Of a stretch of 35,472 nucleotides of DNA, positions 30,924-35,472 are shown piece by piece (positions within the stretch are counted from its first letter, which is position 1; each line of letters opens with the position of its first letter). Source of the stretch: Atractiella rhizophila (lineage: Eukaryota); NCBI GenBank assembly GCA_021432655.1, contig MU271651.1:1-35472 (forward strand), written 5' to 3'. The notes beneath the pieces were generated by a model, which saw nothing but the letters and a program-made list of their open reading frames with translations, did not search any database and was not told the DNA's origin. Position numbers and translations under genes: made by a program.

Positions 30924-33165
30924 ATGGTCACTACAACCCGTCAAGTCCACGTATTTGCGCCACAAACAACGCCTTCAGCCACGTCTAATGCACTCAATGA
31001 TCTTTTGAGATCCGGAGGTCCAGGAACCATCGTTCACTTGCTGCCCAACACGACGTATCATTTGCACTCCCCCATTCGGTTCTTCCATCCTAATCAAGAA
31101 TTATCTACATTCTCCTATCCGAGAGAGCCCGAGTCTTACGCGCGCATAGTTGTCGCTGGACCCAACCAATCCGTTGCTCTTGATGTGACCGGCCAGGATT
31201 GTGCTGTTCTGCGCAACTTGTACATCGAAGGAAATCGAGAGGAGCTGGGATGGATCGAAGGTGGTGGAGCCCTCGTCATTGTTGGAGGTAATGGTGTGAA
31301 GGAACCTACCGTGCAGGATTGCATCTTGAGGGATCCAAGAGGCTGGAGTTGCCTCCATGCCGTCGATTGGTGCGTTGGAGCCAAGATCTTAAACAATCTA
31401 GTCGGACCGGCTGGTCAACCTGCGCCGAACGGTCCATGGGCTGATGGACTGAGCTTGGCTTGCAAGGATGGGCTTGTAGTTGGTAACACTGTTCGTTCCT
31501 TTTTGTCTTTGGAACCTGAGTTAAAGGTCCATGGGCTGATGGACTGAGCTTGGCTTGCAAGGATGGGCTTGTAGTTGGTAATACTGTTCGTTCCTTCCTT
31601 TTCTTTTGAACCTGAGTTGAAGTTGCGTACGCAGATCATCGATGCTACCGATGGAGGAATAGTGGTCTTCTGTGCGCCAGGGACAATCGTGGCTTCCAAC
31701 ACTGTGGTCTCAAGAACACGGACTCTTCTAGGAGGTATCAACCTGTTAGTTATTCCGTATCCTTTTTGAGACTTGCTGGACGGACGAGCCGAGCAAAGCG
31801 TAGATCCGTTTCCTTTTGAGGCCGACTACACAAATACACGGGTTCTCAACAATCGGATAATCACAGAGACATCAGAAGGGTATATCAAACTCGGTATAGG
31901 GTTTGTATCTCCTACCCAATACTCTGACCTCTCATGCTGTTAGTCCAGGATTGGGGAGACGTGTTGGGGAGACAGCCACAATACTCTCAACTACGGAGGC
32001 ACTGTAAGCGGCAACATAATTGGGCCAGGTCTTCCAGCTTGTACATCAGGCAGCTTGATCTCATTAGTTTCATTTATAGGGAAGTTCGGCTATGGAATTG
32101 CACTCGCTGGATGCCGCGATTTCACAGTTCTCCACAACACCATCAACCAGAACACAACTTTCTGCGGCGATACGGCAGCTCGTCCTACGAACTGCCCACC
32201 TGTTCCTTTTCTCAAAACATGGGATCGTGATTGGGCTTTGGGAGAGTTCCAGCCGGAATTTGTCGAGGGAGAAGTAGGATATTTGATCGGGATCGAGAAG
32301 GGGTTCAGCAGGAGTCTCCGATTCCCCGTATGTCGCCTCTCTTGTTGTTTCGTTGAAGACTAAATCACGTCTAGAATAATTCGCTTCCTCCAGAGGTGAG
32401 AGTTCAAGGCGGTTGGCTCGGAATCGAAGATGGGGAGTTGAAACTCGTCGATCTTTCCCCTGATGGGAAGAGCAATACCGTTTGGTCGACGCGTTCGGAA
32501 GGAAAAGTTCAGAATTGGCAGTTCAAAGGCGGCGTTCTGATTGCGCGCGATAAGGAAGGAGAAGCCGTTTGGGATTCGTGGAAGCATGTTTTTGGACGAA
32601 ACCCGACACCGGGACATGGAAGAGAGACCTTCACGATAGAGAAAGGGAGGCTGTTGATCAACGATGCCGCGCAAAATGTGATCTGGATGAATAGATACTG
32701 TGTGTGTTCGAGTCCTGAACACAATACACTGATAGCCGTGCAGTCTTTCCTCTGGGTTGGCGTTTGAATGCCGGGCAGTGGATTGCTCTTCCCTCCTCCA
32801 CGAGCTTAGTATCTCCCGAATCTGAAACACCACCGCTCTTACCTTCCCGTCGTGGCCCTATCTTCTTCTCTCTTCTCCCCAATGGTCACTTGGTACTCCA
32901 TTTCTCCGTCCATCCATTGCAACCTCGACGGGAGGAAGTTATTTGGACGTCACCCAATTGGAAGCAAGTCCAAGCGGAAGGAGAATGTTTCTGCTCCTTA
33001 CAAGGTGATGGAAATCTCGTCATCTACAAAGCTGGAGAAGCTGTGTGGGCTTCTGGGACGAACGGGGAAGGACATATTGGGAAAGTGGAATGCCTCGAGG
33101 TCGGCAGGGAAGGGATTATGCTTTCAGCCAAAGGTGGAGCGAGGTGGAAGAGCTGGGACAAGTAA
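30924..33165 (+). CDS. Right-handed beta-helix (pectin-lyase-like fold) protein fused to a bulb-type (GNA/B-type) lectin domain
   Basis: Beta-helix-type rungs GTIVHLLPNTTYHL, LRNLYIEGN, WADGLSLACKDGLVVGNTIIDATDGGIVVF, VASNTV and VLNNRI. The C-terminus has LQGDGNLVIYKAGEAVWASGT (QxDxNxVxY) plus degenerate subdomains. Multiple introns. Confidence 0.8.
31431..31621 (+). repeat. 95-bp tandem duplication spanning an exon end, a 5' splice site and intron sequence
   Basis: GGTCCATGGGCTGATGGACTGAGCTTGGCTTGCAAGGATGGGCTTGTAGTTGGTAAyACTGTTCGTTCCTT...GAACCTGAGTT starts at both 31431 and 31526. Confidence 0.97.
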
Positions 33166-33347
33166 CCTTACACTACTTTTGTTACAAAATCGATTGCTCA
33201 AACGTTTCTTCTATTCTACAGCGAGAGAGAGTTCAAACAAGACAGACTAGATCGAGGAGGAGGGCATAACATCATAAGTAGTCTAAATGCATAAAACGAA
33301 ACCTTTGCATACATAACACGATCATATTTGCATAATCCATCCCTCAA

Positions 33348-34956
33348 TTAGTAGCGACGAGTAGGCCTTACGTGCGTCGATTGGGTCCTCCTGCGCTGAG
33401 CTGCATTAGCCGCGTGGAAAGAAGCCATGACTCCGGATGAGAGCTTAAGAGGTGCAATCTGTAAGCCTAGACCGTTGCGATTGCCGGGACGGTCTACCTC
33501 CTTGATCCATCCAATGTTTCTCTTCTCATGCCACATGGCGGGAAAAGAGTCCAGAGTTTCTGGATCGAGTGTGGAAGACGTGGCCACAGACGCAGTTCGT
33601 GTTGGCGGAATCAGGCGGATGTCTGGTACCGTTTTGGGAAAGTAGGATGGTACGGTAGAATTTGAGTAGTGTGATGAGTACGATGAATTCGAAGTCTGAG
33701 ACTCAGCAACAGAATATGCATCAAAGTCGACAGCGGTCGATTCATCGAGTCTGAAATATTCCGAGAGACCCCTAGTACCTGAACTGTACATAGGCGGTGG
33801 CGATTCGGGGAGTGGAGGAGGCTGAGGAAGGAGCGGCGCCTGAGGGAAATCAGCTAAGAATCAAAAGAAAGGATAAAGTACTTACCTGTCTCCTAGGAGA
33901 ATTGTTGGTCTCCCACATAGGAGGGTCAAGAAATGAGTCAGCATATGAGCTGGTGGATACGTTCCTTCTCCAAGCGGAGCTGCGTGGCGGTTGAGGAGGG
34001 AGAGGAGGGAGGGGGAAAGGTGGCGGAGGCGGTAGGCCGTTCCTATAAGAAGTGGAGGTCTTCGAGGCTTTGCTTCCGGAACTTCCAGCACCAACAGGAG
34101 TGGAAGAGGACAAAGTCTTATAAGATTTGGTAGGAGGTGGAGGTGACAGATCGTCCCAATAAGAATCGAAGGCGTTTGAAGTCTTGCTTGCAGAAAGTCC
34201 AGAGACAGGAGTGGGAGAGGTCTTGTTCCGATAGGACTTTGTGGGAGAATCTGCGTACAAGGATTTCTTGCGGTCTAAACCTGCCAAAGAAGGGATAGAG
34301 TCTTTCCTCCAGGGATCGATAAGCGAATCCGCCTCTGTGCTCATCGAGCCCTTTTTCCCTCGCTGCACTCCACGATTTCCCATAGCGGGGAGGTAAGGCT
34401 CCGGGTCGAACGAGAATTGCTCGAATGTGGCTTGAACATCAGGAAAATAGTCATATGACTCCTCCGTCGACGATCCTCGCACAGTGTGGACGGAGGGTTC
34501 ACGGCGAAGCGGCTTCGGGGTGGAGGTTGGAGTGATTGTTGAAGCATCGTCATCTTCGTCCTTGTCCTTGGCATATGGAAACGGGTACGGGAAAGTCGAT
34601 GAATGAGGCGAAGGGATCATATCCGGTATGACATTGGCAGGATATCCAGGTCGCCTTGGCTGTTGACATCAAAACACTGTTAGGGTCCAGAAACCAACAG
34701 CAGAAATGTGGAAACGCACCACATAAATGTGAGGGACTCCATTCTTCTCATATGGGAAAGGCTCATAGTCTGGATAGAAAGGCTCTACAGACCAGGCTAG
34801 TTGTGTACCTGAAAGCGTTCGCTTCCTCGAACTAGCCCACATGTTAGCTCCTTCTTAACAAAACAAGTCAAAAAAAAAGCGAGAAAACACGTACCCTGAC
34901 TTCACGAGCTTGGTGGGTGCCCTTCTTAGGCCTTGTCCGTTACCTCCCCAAGACAT
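33348..34956 (-). CDS. Hypothetical Ser/Pro-rich, probably disordered protein
   Basis: ATG at 34956 (MSWGGNGQGLRRAPTKLVKSG). Three phase-compatible canonical introns (donors GTACGT, GTGCGT, GTAAGT; the last is 33885-33840) link ORFs 33850-34620 and 33348-33791. Confidence 0.7.
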
Positions 34957-35472
34957 TTACACGTCGTTTAGGATCTCAAACAAAAATAAGGGAAACTGCG
35001 GAATCAAAAACAAAAAATTGCGCAAACAAAATCTTAGGGCACAACAAGGATATCCTTTTGCAAAGAAATAAAATATGTGAAAAATTCGGACAGTGTAAAG
35101 ATAATGCAAGAAGGGGGCGGTAAAAGGCAACGGATTTATCGCAAAAAATGGAACAAGTGGTGGCAAGCAAACGTTTATTTTATACGCAAAAATGGTGAAT
35201 AACAATTCTTCGTGGATATTCTCGAGGGTACGCTTGTACTGGTTATGCTGTGAGATGGGGGCACTGTAGTGACTTTTTGTGCGGGGAGCAGAGAAGGAGC
35301 CTCGACCACTTTTATACTTTTTCCAGACCGCCCTTGTTGTTGTGGTATCGATACCGATGATCATCAATCAAATGCATCAAGTGTCTCAGACACAACCGCC
35401 CGTCAGTGTCTACAAGGCTTCTGTCGCAGAATTTTGTCAACAATAGGGAGGAAGGTGTCCAATGTCAAATAA

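Noticed and set aside
34957..35367. 136-aa minus-strand ORF and overlapping ORFs in the A-rich tract
   Set aside because: The low-complexity F/L- or K/N-rich translations come from poly-A runs. The region is more likely the promoter or 5' UTR of the gene starting at 34956.

Overview
This is an intron-rich eukaryotic window, not prokaryotic. Short (~45-76 nt) GT-AG introns with degenerate donors (GTGCGT, GTTCGT, GTCTGT) and CTRAC branch points suggest a basidiomycete fungus; that taxonomic call is inference. About 16 genes could be spliced by hand: two inverted paralogous PB1-domain genes ~21 kb apart (the first runs into an 836-nt N gap), a Tgl2-like lipase, adenosine kinase, a secreted pepsin-family protease, a GT23/FUT8-like fucosyltransferase, a bacterial-type SAM methyltransferase, an AKAP7-like 2H phosphoesterase, an F-box-like protein, mitoribosomal bL17m, a beta-helix/B-lectin fusion, an 87-aa PIGBOS1-like microprotein absent from the ORF track, and four hypothetical genes. 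The most notable points are the microprotein, a long nested-stem intron in bL17m plus two other outsized introns, a gene-conversion-like identity pattern between the PB1 copies, and a 95-bp tandem duplication of an exon/intron junction. No tRNA, rRNA, CRISPR array or intact transposon was recognised. All gene models are manual and family calls rest on motif recognition, not database searches.
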